Shown: positions 17,620-26,684 of the stretch, in pieces
Position numbering within the stretch: the first letter of the stretch is position 1
How the letters are laid out: the number at the start of each line of letters is the position of its first letter
IMG/VR virus record: IMGVR_UViG_3300048574_000080
Location: 1 to 56,698 of that record
Reading direction: 5' to 3' (one strand)
Length of the DNA: 56,698 nt
Source of the DNA: a virus
Lineage: Duplodnaviria > Caudoviricetes
Program-made: the position numbers and the translations under genes
The notes under the pieces: model-generated
What the model was told of the DNA's origin: nothing
The model's database searches: none
The model's input: only the letters and a program-made list of their open reading frames with translations

Positions 17620-18030
17620 ATGACAAAATTCTACATTTCTCTAGCGTGTAACGACCCGCGCAATGGCAATCCAACGGGGTACGTGGATGCCATCCAGGTG
17701 CGGCCGGCTGGTGACATCGAATCGCTCATGCAACTCGTTGGTGGGCGCCTCAGCCTACGCATGTTACATAGCGCAAATTCAAAGAAACCGCGAGAAATCA
17801 AGATCGGGCACATACTCCTGCGGATTCACAGCTACTCCACCTGGGTCGGCAACTGGTGCTGGGATGAGGCGAGTGCCGACGCCGATCATGTAGCTCGCCT
17901 ACTGGCCTACCTACAGCGTCGTGGCTGGACTTGCGAGCAGGGTGAATCGACATTGTACGAAAAATGGGAACGCAAGGTGATTATCACCGCTGCAGATCTG
18001 GACGAGCGGGCAGAAGGGGTGCACCTATGA
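17620..18030 (+). CDS. Hypothetical protein
   Basis: GGAGG RBS before MTKFYIS. Confidence 0.6.
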   Translation: MTKFYISLACNDPRNGNPTGYVDAIQVRPAGDIESLMQLVGGRLSLRMLHSANSKKPREIKIGHILLRIHSYSTWVGNWCWDEASADADHVARLLAYLQRRGWTCEQGESTLYEKWERKVIITAADLDERAEGVHL

Positions 18031-18320
18031 CCCTCACCGCCCGCCGTACCCTACTCTACGTCGTGATTGTTGCGCTTGCCGGCGCTGTCCTCTGTGTGGC
18101 GTTTGCCGCCATTGCCAGCGCCGAGGATTGCACAGGCCCTCAGTGTTGTGCGTGTGAACCCGCTGGGGCCGCCGAGCCGGCGCCGTTACCGCATTTGTAT
18201 CTGCCGGCAGTAATGCAACGCCTGCCGAGCATGAGTGCAGAGTTCACCCCGGCTCAGCCGGTGGCGACACCGGAGCCGGATGTGGAGCTATCGCTCGGGG
18301 ATGCAGAAGAGAACAATTAG
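18027..18320 (+). CDS. Secreted small protein with YLPxV motif
   Basis: Signal peptide ending ASA-E; LYLPAVMQR. Confidence 0.55.
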   Translation: MTLTARRTLLYVVIVALAGAVLCVAFAAIASAEDCTGPQCCACEPAGAAEPAPLPHLYLPAVMQRLPSMSAEFTPAQPVATPEPDVELSLGDAEENN

Positions 18321-18342
18321 GACGAAATGGAGCGAATCGCGA

Positions 18343-18882
18343 ATGAGTATTTGGAACGACGAACGCCTGTACATGTACTGCACTGCCTACGGTGCGCCGC
18401 TGGTCAGTCCCTTCGACAGCAAGTGTATCAACCCGGCATCGATTGACCTGCGCTTAGGTACGTCGTACCGGCTGCCGCATCCCGGCTGGTCACTGCGCAA
18501 TGTCACAGTAAACACGCAGTGGGGTGAGGAATGCACCATGCCTGACAAGGGCATCGAATTGCAGCCCGGTCAATTCATCCTGTGTTGCAGCCTGGAACGG
18601 GTGCAGATTCCCATCGATGCGATTGCCTTCCTCTACAGCAAGTCGAGCACCGGACGCAAGGGCCTGGAGCATCTACATGCGGGGCTGGGAGATCCCGGCT
18701 TTATCGGTCAGTGGACCTGGGAGTTTTACAACGTCGCGCCGTGGCCGATTCTACTCACACCAGGTGAACGGCTGATGCAGATGGTAGTAGAGGATTTGAC
18801 CGGCCCCGCCGCGCGCGACTACTCGCAGACGGGACGGTATCAGGGACAGGTAGGCGCAACGCCTGCACGGGAGGCACGGTAG
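18343..18882 (+). CDS. dcd: dCTP deaminase
   Basis: INPASIDLRLG, KSSTGRKGL, AGLGDPGFIGQWTWE, GRYQGQ. Confidence 0.9.
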   Translation: MSIWNDERLYMYCTAYGAPLVSPFDSKCINPASIDLRLGTSYRLPHPGWSLRNVTVNTQWGEECTMPDKGIELQPGQFILCCSLERVQIPIDAIAFLYSKSSTGRKGLEHLHAGLGDPGFIGQWTWEFYNVAPWPILLTPGERLMQMVVEDLTGPAARDYSQTGRYQGQVGATPAREAR

Positions 18883-18883
18883 T

Positions 18884-19726
18884 ATGCCCGGTATCACTCC
18901 TGACGCACCGTGCCCCCACTGCGGCACCGTGCAAAACGCCGGCACCCTAGCGCAGCATGTGCGGCTGTGCCTGGCTGACCCCGACGTGCGCCGCCGCGTG
19001 CTGCTTACCCTCCGTGACCCTGACGACCCCACCCGCGCCGTCAGCGCTGCTCGCTACAACGCACGGCGCAGTATGTTCGACGCCCCCGGTGACGCCACGC
19101 TGTCACAGCGACACGGCGGCACATGGGCGGCGGTCTGTGCAGCGTATGACCTGCTGACGCCGCTGCCGTACAACGCCAAGCGCCCCAAGACAGAGAAACC
19201 GCCCCGCCAGGCGAAGCCCAAACGCTCCGCCTGTCCGCACTGCGGCATGGAATCCACGCCGTCCGCCATCGCCCGCCATGCCGTAACGTGCCTTGCTGAC
19301 CCTGCCAACCGTGCCCGCTACCGGGCACTGCTGACGGACGACGGTGAGACAGGCATTACCAACAGCGAATACGACGCTCGCGCAGATGAACGCGGCGCGC
19401 CGGCTGTAACGACGCTGCGGCGCATAACGGGCATGAGCGCATGGGATGACGTGCTCGCATGTTTTGACCTGCTGCCGGCCGCCGCAGCGTTGCGCACGTG
19501 CCCCAACTGCGGACAGACGTTCAAAAAGCTCGGCTACGCACACCATTACGCCAAGTGCAGCGGCAACGAAGAGGCGCAGGCTGTGACGCAGGAGGTGGCG
19601 GAAGAGACGGCGCTCGTACGCTACGAGCGCCGAGTGCTGGCGTATGACGAGCTCGCCGCGCAGTGCCTGCCGGTGGCGCGGGTGGTCGACCTTGGCAATG
19701 GCTATGTACGGTGCATGATTCGCTAG
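18884..19726 (+). CDS. Zinc-finger / homing-endonuclease-associated repeat protein
   Basis: Three CPxCG...H...C fingers alternating with two AP..TL.R..G..W..V.A repeats. Confidence 0.65.
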   Translation: MPGITPDAPCPHCGTVQNAGTLAQHVRLCLADPDVRRRVLLTLRDPDDPTRAVSAARYNARRSMFDAPGDATLSQRHGGTWAAVCAAYDLLTPLPYNAKRPKTEKPPRQAKPKRSACPHCGMESTPSAIARHAVTCLADPANRARYRALLTDDGETGITNSEYDARADERGAPAVTTLRRITGMSAWDDVLACFDLLPAAAALRTCPNCGQTFKKLGYAHHYAKCSGNEEAQAVTQEVAEETALVRYERRVLAYDELAAQCLPVARVVDLGNGYVRCMIR

Positions 19727-19747
19727 CTTTGGGGGAGTGAAACGAAG

Positions 19748-19781
19748 AACCGGCGAACTAGGATCTAGTCGCCGGTTTTTT
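19748..19781 (+). terminator. Rho-independent terminator
   Basis: AACCGGCGA...TCGCCGGTT followed by a T-run. Confidence 0.85.
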
Positions 19782-19789
19782 ATTGCCTC

Positions 19790-19818
19790 TTGACGTTGCG
19801 CTTTACCTGTGAGATAAT
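19790..19818 (+). promoter_or_regulatory. Sigma70-type promoter
   Basis: TTGACG-17 nt-GATAAT. Confidence 0.7.
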
Positions 19819-19864
19819 TTTTTTTGATGGTAAGAAAAATTATATAGAGACAGCAGGAGGCACC

Positions 19865-20233
19865 GTGCCAGAAGCGAAAGAACCCAAAGCCAGACCGTAT
19901 ACCGTGTATTTGACCGACGCGCAGAAGGAGCGCGCTGAGCATATCCAAAAGCGGCGCGGGACGGACAATTTTACACGCACGATGGGTTGGTTGGTGGATG
20001 ACGAGTGGCGGCGCATTGTCGAGCACAACACCAAAGACGACCGGTTGACCCGCATCGAAGCGGCGCTGGAGACGATGCAAAAGCAACTAGACGACATGCG
20101 GCGTGTGCTGGAACTACTCCAGACCGAACGCTGGACGCAGATTGCAGCGCCGGACGGCAAGATCAACGTCACCATCAGCCTTGACCCGGCGGACATGGAA
20201 CGGCTGCTGCAGGCGGTCAAAGCGAGTAAGTGA
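19865..20233 (+). CDS. Putative ribbon-helix-helix-like DNA-binding protein with coiled coil
   Basis: AGGAGG before GTG; RPYTVYLTDAQKERAE. Confidence 0.55.
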   Translation: MPEAKEPKARPYTVYLTDAQKERAEHIQKRRGTDNFTRTMGWLVDDEWRRIVEHNTKDDRLTRIEAALETMQKQLDDMRRVLELLQTERWTQIAAPDGKINVTISLDPADMERLLQAVKASK

Positions 20234-20392
20234 CTGGCGGCGTGTCCCCGGCTGTAACGGGCCAGAGACACGCCTGAGCAATCACGGCAGAGATCGTGCC
20301 GCAACAGCCTGTGTTGATCATAGCACAGGCAACGGCGCACGCCCTGTCAAGCAGACGGGGCGTTTTGTTATAGCAACGAAGGAGCGCAACGA

Positions 20393-20992
20393 ATGGCACA
20401 GCCTGTAACCTCAGTGACACTCGTCACTCGCGACGCGACGCTAGACGACCTGTCAACGCAGGACTATCGCGATATCTACGACGAGCTGCGCGAGAAGGAT
20501 GACTGTAACGGCAGTTACGCCGTCAGCCTCGACAAGTTCGTAACCCTGGTTTCAAGCCAGTACAGCAAGGCGCAGTGGAGCAAATATCACAACGGCGAAA
20601 CTGGTTTGACCCGTGCTATGCGCAACGAACTGCGGCGCTGCGTCGGATTGAAGCAACTCCCGCCCACCGTCGCAGAAGCCACCGCAACGGCAAGCCCTGA
20701 CGCGGCGGTATGGCAGGTAGGCGACGGCCCCGCGGAGCACGTAATCATGGTTACGACAGCCGAACCCATGACGCTACACGTCAACGGCGCGGTGAGTGTC
20801 GCAGACTACGCAGCGGGAATGCCCCGTAACGCCGGTTACAACGGGCAAGGCGCAACGAAACGACACGAAGCGTATCGTACACGCCCAACGGCCACAAAAG
20901 CACAGGACGCCCGCCGTAGCGCCTTGGGCGTCAAATGGGCGGAAGTCATAGAGCGCGGGCTAAAGGCACTGGAGCAGGAGCGAGCGGAATGA
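20393..20992 (+). CDS. Hypothetical protein, possibly DNA-binding
   Basis: AAGGAG RBS; YSKAQWSKYHNG HTH-like segment. Confidence 0.55.
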   Translation: MAQPVTSVTLVTRDATLDDLSTQDYRDIYDELREKDDCNGSYAVSLDKFVTLVSSQYSKAQWSKYHNGETGLTRAMRNELRRCVGLKQLPPTVAEATATASPDAAVWQVGDGPAEHVIMVTTAEPMTLHVNGAVSVADYAAGMPRNAGYNGQGATKRHEAYRTRPTATKAQDARRSALGVKWAEVIERGLKALEQERAE

Positions 20993-21192
20993 CCGCAGCC
21001 CCCATGTCAGAAATCAAACTGCGCTGCAACGGCAAGCACCGCACCTACGCCACCCGCCAAGTGGCGGAAGCCGCCGGCGCTTACTCGTGGGCGGTGCGCG
21101 TCGTCATGAGCGAGGATGGCCGCTTCCATGCGTTCGCCAGCGAAGACGACTATAAGGCGTTTAAGCAGTTGAGCCCGACCAACTACAGGTAA
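20989..21192 (+). CDS. Hypothetical protein
   Basis: ATGA overlap. Confidence 0.5.
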   Translation: MTAAPMSEIKLRCNGKHRTYATRQVAEAAGAYSWAVRVVMSEDGRFHAFASEDDYKAFKQLSPTNYR

Positions 21193-21194
21193 CA

Positions 21195-22028
21195 ATGCCT
21201 AGCTCGCTCTCGCAGGATGAAATCAAAAGCATCCTCCAGCACGAAGAACGCCAGGCCGCGCGCCCGCAGCCGGTCACGCTGGGCAGCGTCGGCGCGCAGG
21301 TGGCGCAGTCGCTGGTCGCCGGCCTGGGTGCGGCGCTGCTGCTGGGCGGCGGCGCGATGATGCTCGGGGCACCCTCCGGCATTGCGCTGCAGGTGGGCCT
21401 GACGTCGGCTGTGCTGGCCACCGGCACCGGGCTTGCACTGCGCGTCGTCCCCGATAACAAACTGGGGACGATCAACCGGATGCGCCGGGTGCAGCGCACG
21501 GTGCTGGAGGCGGAGTTCAGAAAGCAGCAGGCGTACAAGGCGATCGAGCAACTGGAGGCGCAGTTCGCCGCCGAAACGCAGCAATGGCAGCACGCCCTCG
21601 CTGAACTGCGCAACGAGAACAAGGTCTTGCGGGCGGAAAACAACCGCTATAAAGAGGCGCAGCGGTCGCCCAACTTCACCACCAAAAGCAACGTTCAGAG
21701 CGAGGTTGTCGGCGATGCGACCAAGATTTTGGAACACTGGTTCACCACCCTGGGCGAGCCCGATGCCAGCGGCTACCGGCGTGGTGAGTGGTGGAGCCGC
21801 CCCAAGGCAATGGCGGCCGGCTGGACCAAGACACGCCACGAGGCCGCTACGACGCTGCTGGACGATGCCGGTGTCACCGGCACCAACGGGCGCCTGACAT
21901 TCGTAATGCCCGAACTGCGCACGCTGGATGCCGCCCTGTTTGCTCTCAATAAATATTGTAATGAGGCAATATCAGAGCCAAGCATACCGCGGCGGCAAGA
22001 TAGTTATGTAGAGAGTAATTCTGACTGA
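21195..22028 (+). CDS. Membrane-anchored coiled-coil protein
   Basis: 2 TM helices, coiled coil, C-terminal globular part. Confidence 0.65.
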   Translation: MPSSLSQDEIKSILQHEERQAARPQPVTLGSVGAQVAQSLVAGLGAALLLGGGAMMLGAPSGIALQVGLTSAVLATGTGLALRVVPDNKLGTINRMRRVQRTVLEAEFRKQQAYKAIEQLEAQFAAETQQWQHALAELRNENKVLRAENNRYKEAQRSPNFTTKSNVQSEVVGDATKILEHWFTTLGEPDASGYRRGEWWSRPKAMAAGWTKTRHEAATTLLDDAGVTGTNGRLTFVMPELRTLDAALFALNKYCNEAISEPSIPRRQDSYVESNSD

Positions 22029-22129
22029 TTTCTCTTGTCCCTTGGAGGGCAAGAGGGCAAGTCCAGAGGTAGCAGACAAGTGCAGGGCCCATCAGGGCAG
22101 GGCAATAGAGGCAAAAGGAGGTAAGCAAC

Positions 22130-22558
22130 ATCGACGCAACATATATTGCAATACTGCTCCAGATAGCGGGATGGGCGCTATTCTTCCGTGGCGTATGGCA
22201 GTTGCGGCGGCAGACATGGCGGCGCGGTCCGCTGCTGTTGTTCTGGACCGGCAGCGCCCTGCTGGGCTGCTCCACTTTCTGTTTTGCCGTCGCGCCGCTG
22301 CTTAACTGGGGACAAATCGGCTGGCTGATGCTGACCGGCGGTCTGTGCGCCGTGTTGGGCTCTGCCATCCTCGGTGCATTCAACGGCACGCCGCGCATCG
22401 GCCCGCTGAAGGCCGCGGAAACACAGCGCGCCGACATGGGCGGCATCAAGATCCGCACCACGCCGCGCACGGGGCCCGTGCAGCCCATCCCCACCGGACG
22501 CAACACCTGGACGAGCGCCACCGTGCGCAATATCGAAGCAATGGAGGTCAACATATGA
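22130..22558 (+). CDS. Membrane protein (about 3 TM), probable non-ATG start
   Basis: AAGGAGG 8 nt before ATC; in-frame hydrophobic IDATYIAILLQIAGWALFF continues into the ORF-track frame. Confidence 0.5.
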   Translation: MDATYIAILLQIAGWALFFRGVWQLRRQTWRRGPLLLFWTGSALLGCSTFCFAVAPLLNWGQIGWLMLTGGLCAVLGSAILGAFNGTPRIGPLKAAETQRADMGGIKIRTTPRTGPVQPIPTGRNTWTSATVRNIEAMEVNI

Positions 22559-23088
22559 TTCACACCGAAACCGTGCACCCCTCGCAGCTGCGGCGGGCAA
22601 TGGCCAGCTACGCCAACCAGGGCTACCCGCCCGCGTACGGCCCGCACCCAGCGTACCCCGGCATGATGGTCATCGTGATCACCGTGCCCGACGATGTGCC
22701 CGTCCCCGACTGGCGGGACGCCCCACAACGCCGCCGGCGCAGCTGGTTCCGCCTTAACTGGTCCCGCATCGCCCGTGGGCTGGCGTTGGCAGTCATCGCC
22801 ATCGCACTGGCCTACATCGCCTATGGCCTCGCCGTCGATACGACCTCGCAGCAGCCGGTCACCCAGGCGGCGCCGGAGCCGTCGCTGTGGGAGCGCATCA
22901 CTGGCACCCCCACCAACGGCGAACCGGTAGTGGAGCCCGCCATCGAGCTGCCATGGGATGCCGCCGGCCGGCAGGTGGGGGAGACGCTGGCCGGCATCGG
23001 GCGCCTCCTGTTGGCAGCGTTCGCGGCGGCAGTTGTGGCCGGCTGCGCGTTCGTAGCGGACAAGGTGCGGAGGGATTTCCGCAAATGA
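22555..23088 (+). CDS. Membrane protein (2 TM)
   Basis: GGAGG RBS, ATGA overlaps. Confidence 0.6.
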   Translation: MIHTETVHPSQLRRAMASYANQGYPPAYGPHPAYPGMMVIVITVPDDVPVPDWRDAPQRRRRSWFRLNWSRIARGLALAVIAIALAYIAYGLAVDTTSQQPVTQAAPEPSLWERITGTPTNGEPVVEPAIELPWDAAGRQVGETLAGIGRLLLAAFAAAVVAGCAFVADKVRRDFRK

Positions 23089-23660
23089 AACAGATTATAG
23101 AGTGGGTGATGGCGCTGATATTTACGGTGACAATGCTCTATATGTTTGAGGCCACGATTACGGATCCTGCCTATCAGAACGGCTTGACTACCCGCTACCA
23201 GGCGCATCAGCAGACCAGGCGTGTCGAGGCGCAAGAATGGGGCGACACGCTGCGCACGTGGGGCATGTGGGGCGGCGGCGGGCTGGCGGCGGTAGGCGGC
23301 CTGGTGGTGGTCGCCTGGGCAGTAGTGCAGTGGCAGGAACAGCGCACGCGTCGCCACGAAGCGACGGAGGACCACACGACGCAGCGGCTGCGCATCACGA
23401 CGCAGAAGGAGATAGCGGTGGCGTATATCGCACTGTACAGGGACAGGGAACCGGATGCGAGGTTCATGCGGCTTGCCGATGGCACGGCAGGCGTGTATCT
23501 GCCGAACGAGAATGAGCTGGTGACAATCGACGCCTGCCGTGCCGAACTGGCGACGGCGCAGACAACCGCATTGACCCGCCGCACCCCGCCTACGATCAAC
23601 GTGCCGGGGGCACCGCAGGAACGCCGGTTCCTGGTGTTGGGCGATTTGGAAGAGTGGTAA
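23085..23660 (+). CDS. Membrane protein (2 TM)
   Basis: MKQIIEWVMALIF...; ATGA overlap. Confidence 0.6.
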   Translation: MKQIIEWVMALIFTVTMLYMFEATITDPAYQNGLTTRYQAHQQTRRVEAQEWGDTLRTWGMWGGGGLAAVGGLVVVAWAVVQWQEQRTRRHEATEDHTTQRLRITTQKEIAVAYIALYRDREPDARFMRLADGTAGVYLPNENELVTIDACRAELATAQTTALTRRTPPTINVPGAPQERRFLVLGDLEEW

Positions 23661-23702
23661 TACTTCGAGCGACAATGACAGTTATATTCGGAGATATAGC
23701 AG

Positions 23703-23951
23703 ATGAAACCATCTGAGTTTTTCGAACGAGTCATAGGTGAGATGAAGGACGGCGGGGATGTGGTTACGCTTTCTCCTGGTCCACTTCGGCTAGAAGTCAG
23801 TGAACACGACCGCGCCGCTATGGAGATCATATTGTCGCTAATTCGCGACTATCCAGAATTGAAGGTGGGCGACACGTTGAAAATTCTGGATGCGGCTAAA
23901 TGGTGGGCTACGTTTTGGGCAGCAATGCCGGATGAAAACGAGCTTCCATAG
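23703..23951 (+). CDS. Hypothetical protein (lower GC)
   Basis: GGAGA RBS; 82 aa. Confidence 0.55.
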   Translation: MKPSEFFERVIGEMKDGGDVVTLSPGPLRLEVSEHDRAAMEIILSLIRDYPELKVGDTLKILDAAKWWATFWAAMPDENELP

Positions 23952-23981
23952 TTCCGAATATAAACGGCATTAGGAGAAATT

Positions 23982-24179
23982 ATGCTTGCAAAGTGGAGTA
24001 AAGCACCGTCCTGGGCGAAGTGGTTAGCCGTGGATAGCGATGCGGTCGCCCATTTTTTTGAGACTAAGCCGACGCGATTCGGGGACTGTTGGCAGTGCGG
24101 CGGACGCAGCAAAACAGCGGGGCGCTGTCGATTCGCTGGCGACTGGCGCAACGCAATCGAGCAACGTCCCCGAAAATAA
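23982..24179 (+). CDS. Small phage hypothetical protein
   Basis: AGGAG RBS; WSKAPSWAKWLAVDSD...FETKP; flanked by 12-bp direct repeats. Confidence 0.65.
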   Translation: MLAKWSKAPSWAKWLAVDSDAVAHFFETKPTRFGDCWQCGGRSKTAGRCRFAGDWRNAIEQRPRK

Positions 24180-24250
24180 ACGGCATTGTCACTAGAACTG
24201 TGGTGGCTCCGACAATAACCGCCACAGGCCCAAGGATAAGGAGAAAGGCA

Positions 24251-24619
24251 GTGAGCGACGAACAATTGATTGAGCAACTATCGAAACTAGGGAGTGGCAT
24301 CACGCCGGAACAGTCTGCGCAATGGGGGCGTGCTGACGGATATGCGCGCATTACGAAGCGGGCGCAGGAGCTAGAGGCCCAGCTCGCCGCCGCCACTCAG
24401 CGCGCACAAGTGGCGAATCAATATGCCCTGGGGATGGAGGAAGCCGCCAACGCCGTCCGGGCGCAGAACGCTGCGCTGCTCCGCGAAGTCGCCGGCCTGC
24501 GCTACTACATCGCACAGCTAGAGCGCAACGTCACCCGAGAGGAGCGGGCGTATGCCGCGGAGATGGCGTCGTTGATGTTTGCGCAGCATGACAGCGACAG
24601 CGCACAGCCCCGAGAATAA
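24251..24619 (+). CDS. Coiled-coil hypothetical protein
   Basis: AAGGAG upstream of GTG; last gene of the rightward arm. Confidence 0.55.
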   Translation: MSDEQLIEQLSKLGSGITPEQSAQWGRADGYARITKRAQELEAQLAAATQRAQVANQYALGMEEAANAVRAQNAALLREVAGLRYYIAQLERNVTREERAYAAEMASLMFAQHDSDSAQPRE

Positions 24620-24709
24620 TCAGTATTGTCAGTCGAACCGTCGCCCCTCCCTCTTTCCCTTGACAATCCGCCACCGCTCTGTCCCACCGAACCACCCACA
24701 GCCCCGCCA

Positions 24710-25036
24710 CTACCCCCCGGCGGGGCGTTGCTTTTCCACCCGCACTGCGCCCCTGACCACCAGTGCCAGCCACAGCAGCCACAGCAGCCCGCCCGTTGTG
24801 TCGAGGACGCGAATCGGCCCTGCCATCGCCGCGCGCCCGTTGTGCCCGCCCGGTGCCGCCGTTGCCGCAATCAGGAAGAACGACAGTCCCAGGCATAGTG
24901 TACCGACCGCCAACACCAACATGCGCCGCGGGCATATCCGCCGCTGCACTGACAGAGTGATAATCAGCGTCGTGCCCAGGGACGCTACGGTGCAGACATA
25001 GTAGGGCAGCGCGAGCAACAGTGTTTCCATAGCCAC
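24710..25036 (-). CDS. Membrane protein (3 TM), holin-like candidate
   Basis: GGAG RBS; three hydrophobic helices; end of the late arm. Confidence 0.5.
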   Translation of the reverse strand: MAMETLLLALPYYVCTVASLGTTLIITLSVQRRICPRRMLVLAVGTLCLGLSFFLIAATAAPGGHNGRAAMAGPIRVLDTTGGLLWLLWLALVVRGAVRVEKQRPAGG

Positions 25037-25042
25037 ACTCCA

Positions 25043-25912
25043 TCAACCAAAGCGGCCATTGAAAAGCAGCACGGCCGCCAGCAGGCCCGCCAGCATCAGC
25101 ACGATAATCACCGATGCTACATATACCGACCGCTCGCTGACCACCACCGGCTTAGGCCGCTCCAACTGACCGAGCCGCCGCTCCACATCGCTGCGCCACT
25201 CGCGCTGCTCCTCCCGCCACTGTCGCTGCTCAAGCACCATCGTATCGAATGATGCCTGCAGCGCCGCCACCCGCGGCAGCAGCCCCGGCGCCCCGGTTCT
25301 ACCGTCGCCCTGCACAGCCTGCATCAGGAGGCGTAGATCCTCCCGAATCCCCACGCTCTCATCCATCGCCATCCGCCCGCCTCTAATACCACCCACAGCG
25401 GCCGCAGCGGCCGGCGGGATAAAACGATATGCCAGGCTCCCCGCCCCCGATGCCCACTGCACGGAGGACCGCAATTCCTCCGTGACAGCATAGGCCCTGG
25501 CCAGGTGTACGCCCACCTGCCATGCCAGCGCATCATCTACGCCTGCGGGGTTGATAGTGCACGCCACGCCGACGTTATCCGCTGCCCGTTGGATGGCGTC
25601 TACGTGCTCGATACTGTAGCAACTGTTCAGCACGCAATCACACGCGTTGACATTGCGCAGCCATGTGCCCAGTTGCGCCGGCGGCCACACGCCGTCGCTG
25701 AGTACAAATCCTTCCCCCGTGCTGTGCAGTCCGAACCAGGCCAGATCCACGTCGCCCTCGCCCGCCGCCGCCAGCAGGCCCGCCCGTGACGCGTCCGCGC
25801 CAATGCACAGGCGCACCGTCCAGCCGGCAGCCGACAGGACGTTACTTACCGTCTGCACCTCGGCGGGCAGGGAATCAAGGTCGCCGGCGGCGACGATGAC
25901 GCAGCGAGGCAT
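25043..25912 (-). CDS. CHAT (caspase-like) domain protein with coiled coil and C-terminal TM anchor
   Basis: LPAEVQTV, VDLAWFGLHS, GFVLSDG, CVLNSCYS, VDDALA; C-terminal VASVIIVLMLAGLLAAVLLF. Confidence 0.7.
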   Translation of the reverse strand: MPRCVIVAAGDLDSLPAEVQTVSNVLSAAGWTVRLCIGADASRAGLLAAAGEGDVDLAWFGLHSTGEGFVLSDGVWPPAQLGTWLRNVNACDCVLNSCYSIEHVDAIQRAADNVGVACTINPAGVDDALAWQVGVHLARAYAVTEELRSSVQWASGAGSLAYRFIPPAAAAAVGGIRGGRMAMDESVGIREDLRLLMQAVQGDGRTGAPGLLPRVAALQASFDTMVLEQRQWREEQREWRSDVERRLGQLERPKPVVVSERSVYVASVIIVLMLAGLLAAVLLFNGRFG

Positions 25913-26244
25913 CAGGGTGTCACTGTCCGATAATCGTGCACCGCCCAACGCGCAACGAACGACCGTGCAGGTGTCTGCCCCGAGCCGAACGCCGCCGAGA
26001 ACTGCACATCGAACTCCCCTGCCGTGTCCACGTCGCCCGCCGCGTAGTCCCAGCGGAACTCGCCGGCAGGGCCATCGGTGACGGTGAGTGTGCCCGCAAT
26101 AGCGCGCGTGACGCTGGTGGCGCGGTTGGTGATCGTGCCGGTTATGGTGGCGTCGGTCAGTGGTTCGGGCACGCCATTCGCACGCGCCCAAACCACGATT
26201 TGGGAGGGTCTAAGCCCGCCCTTGACTGCCGCTGCTAGTGCCAT
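25912..26244 (-). CDS. BppU N-terminal-like baseplate protein
   Basis: PLTDATIT...VTDGPAGEFRWDYAAGDVDTAGEFDVQF. Confidence 0.6.
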   Translation of the reverse strand: MALAAAVKGGLRPSQIVVWARANGVPEPLTDATITGTITNRATSVTRAIAGTLTVTDGPAGEFRWDYAAGDVDTAGEFDVQFSAAFGSGQTPARSFVARWAVHDYRTVTP

Positions 26245-26258
26245 AGATACACCCGCCC

Positions 26259-26672
26259 TTATGCGTTCGCTGCCGAGAGGGTGAAGGTATTGATCGTCAC
26301 GCTCTGCGCTGCAGCAATGACCGCATTGTCTAGCGTCAAATCGCCGCCGCCGCCCGTTGCCGTGACGGTGCCCTGCGCGCCGCAAGTTGTGCCATCCGAC
26401 GCAAACAGCCGGAAGAAATCAGCCGTGCCGCTTGCGTCGGCGCTGGCGTCCTGCCAGGTGCCCAGCTTGGTCTTACTGCCGGTGCTAGCCGCGTTCATCC
26501 AGTCGGATGGCAGGGTGATCGTCGCCAACACGGTACCGGTGATTGCCGCTGCACAGTCAGCCGGTGCGCCTGCGGTCAGGTCGTAGATCTTGAGGACCGC
26601 CGCCGTGCCGATGGTTGACTCCACGGCATCGAGTTGGGCATTGCGAACTGCTACAGAGTATTGGAGTGCCAT
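26259..26672 (-). CDS. Virion structural protein (tail tip/fibre associated)
   Basis: RNAQLDA, GTADFFRL, GTVTATGGGGDLTL; position in the tail module. Confidence 0.65.
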   Translation of the reverse strand: MALQYSVAVRNAQLDAVESTIGTAAVLKIYDLTAGAPADCAAAITGTVLATITLPSDWMNAASTGSKTKLGTWQDASADASGTADFFRLFASDGTTCGAQGTVTATGGGGDLTLDNAVIAAAQSVTINTFTLSAANA

Positions 26673-26684
26673 TGTCTAAGTCTC

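Noticed and set aside
20310-20352. Minus-strand TTGACA...TATGAT promoter
   Set aside because: The spacer is 22 nt. Only an extended -10 remains, with no clear downstream gene.
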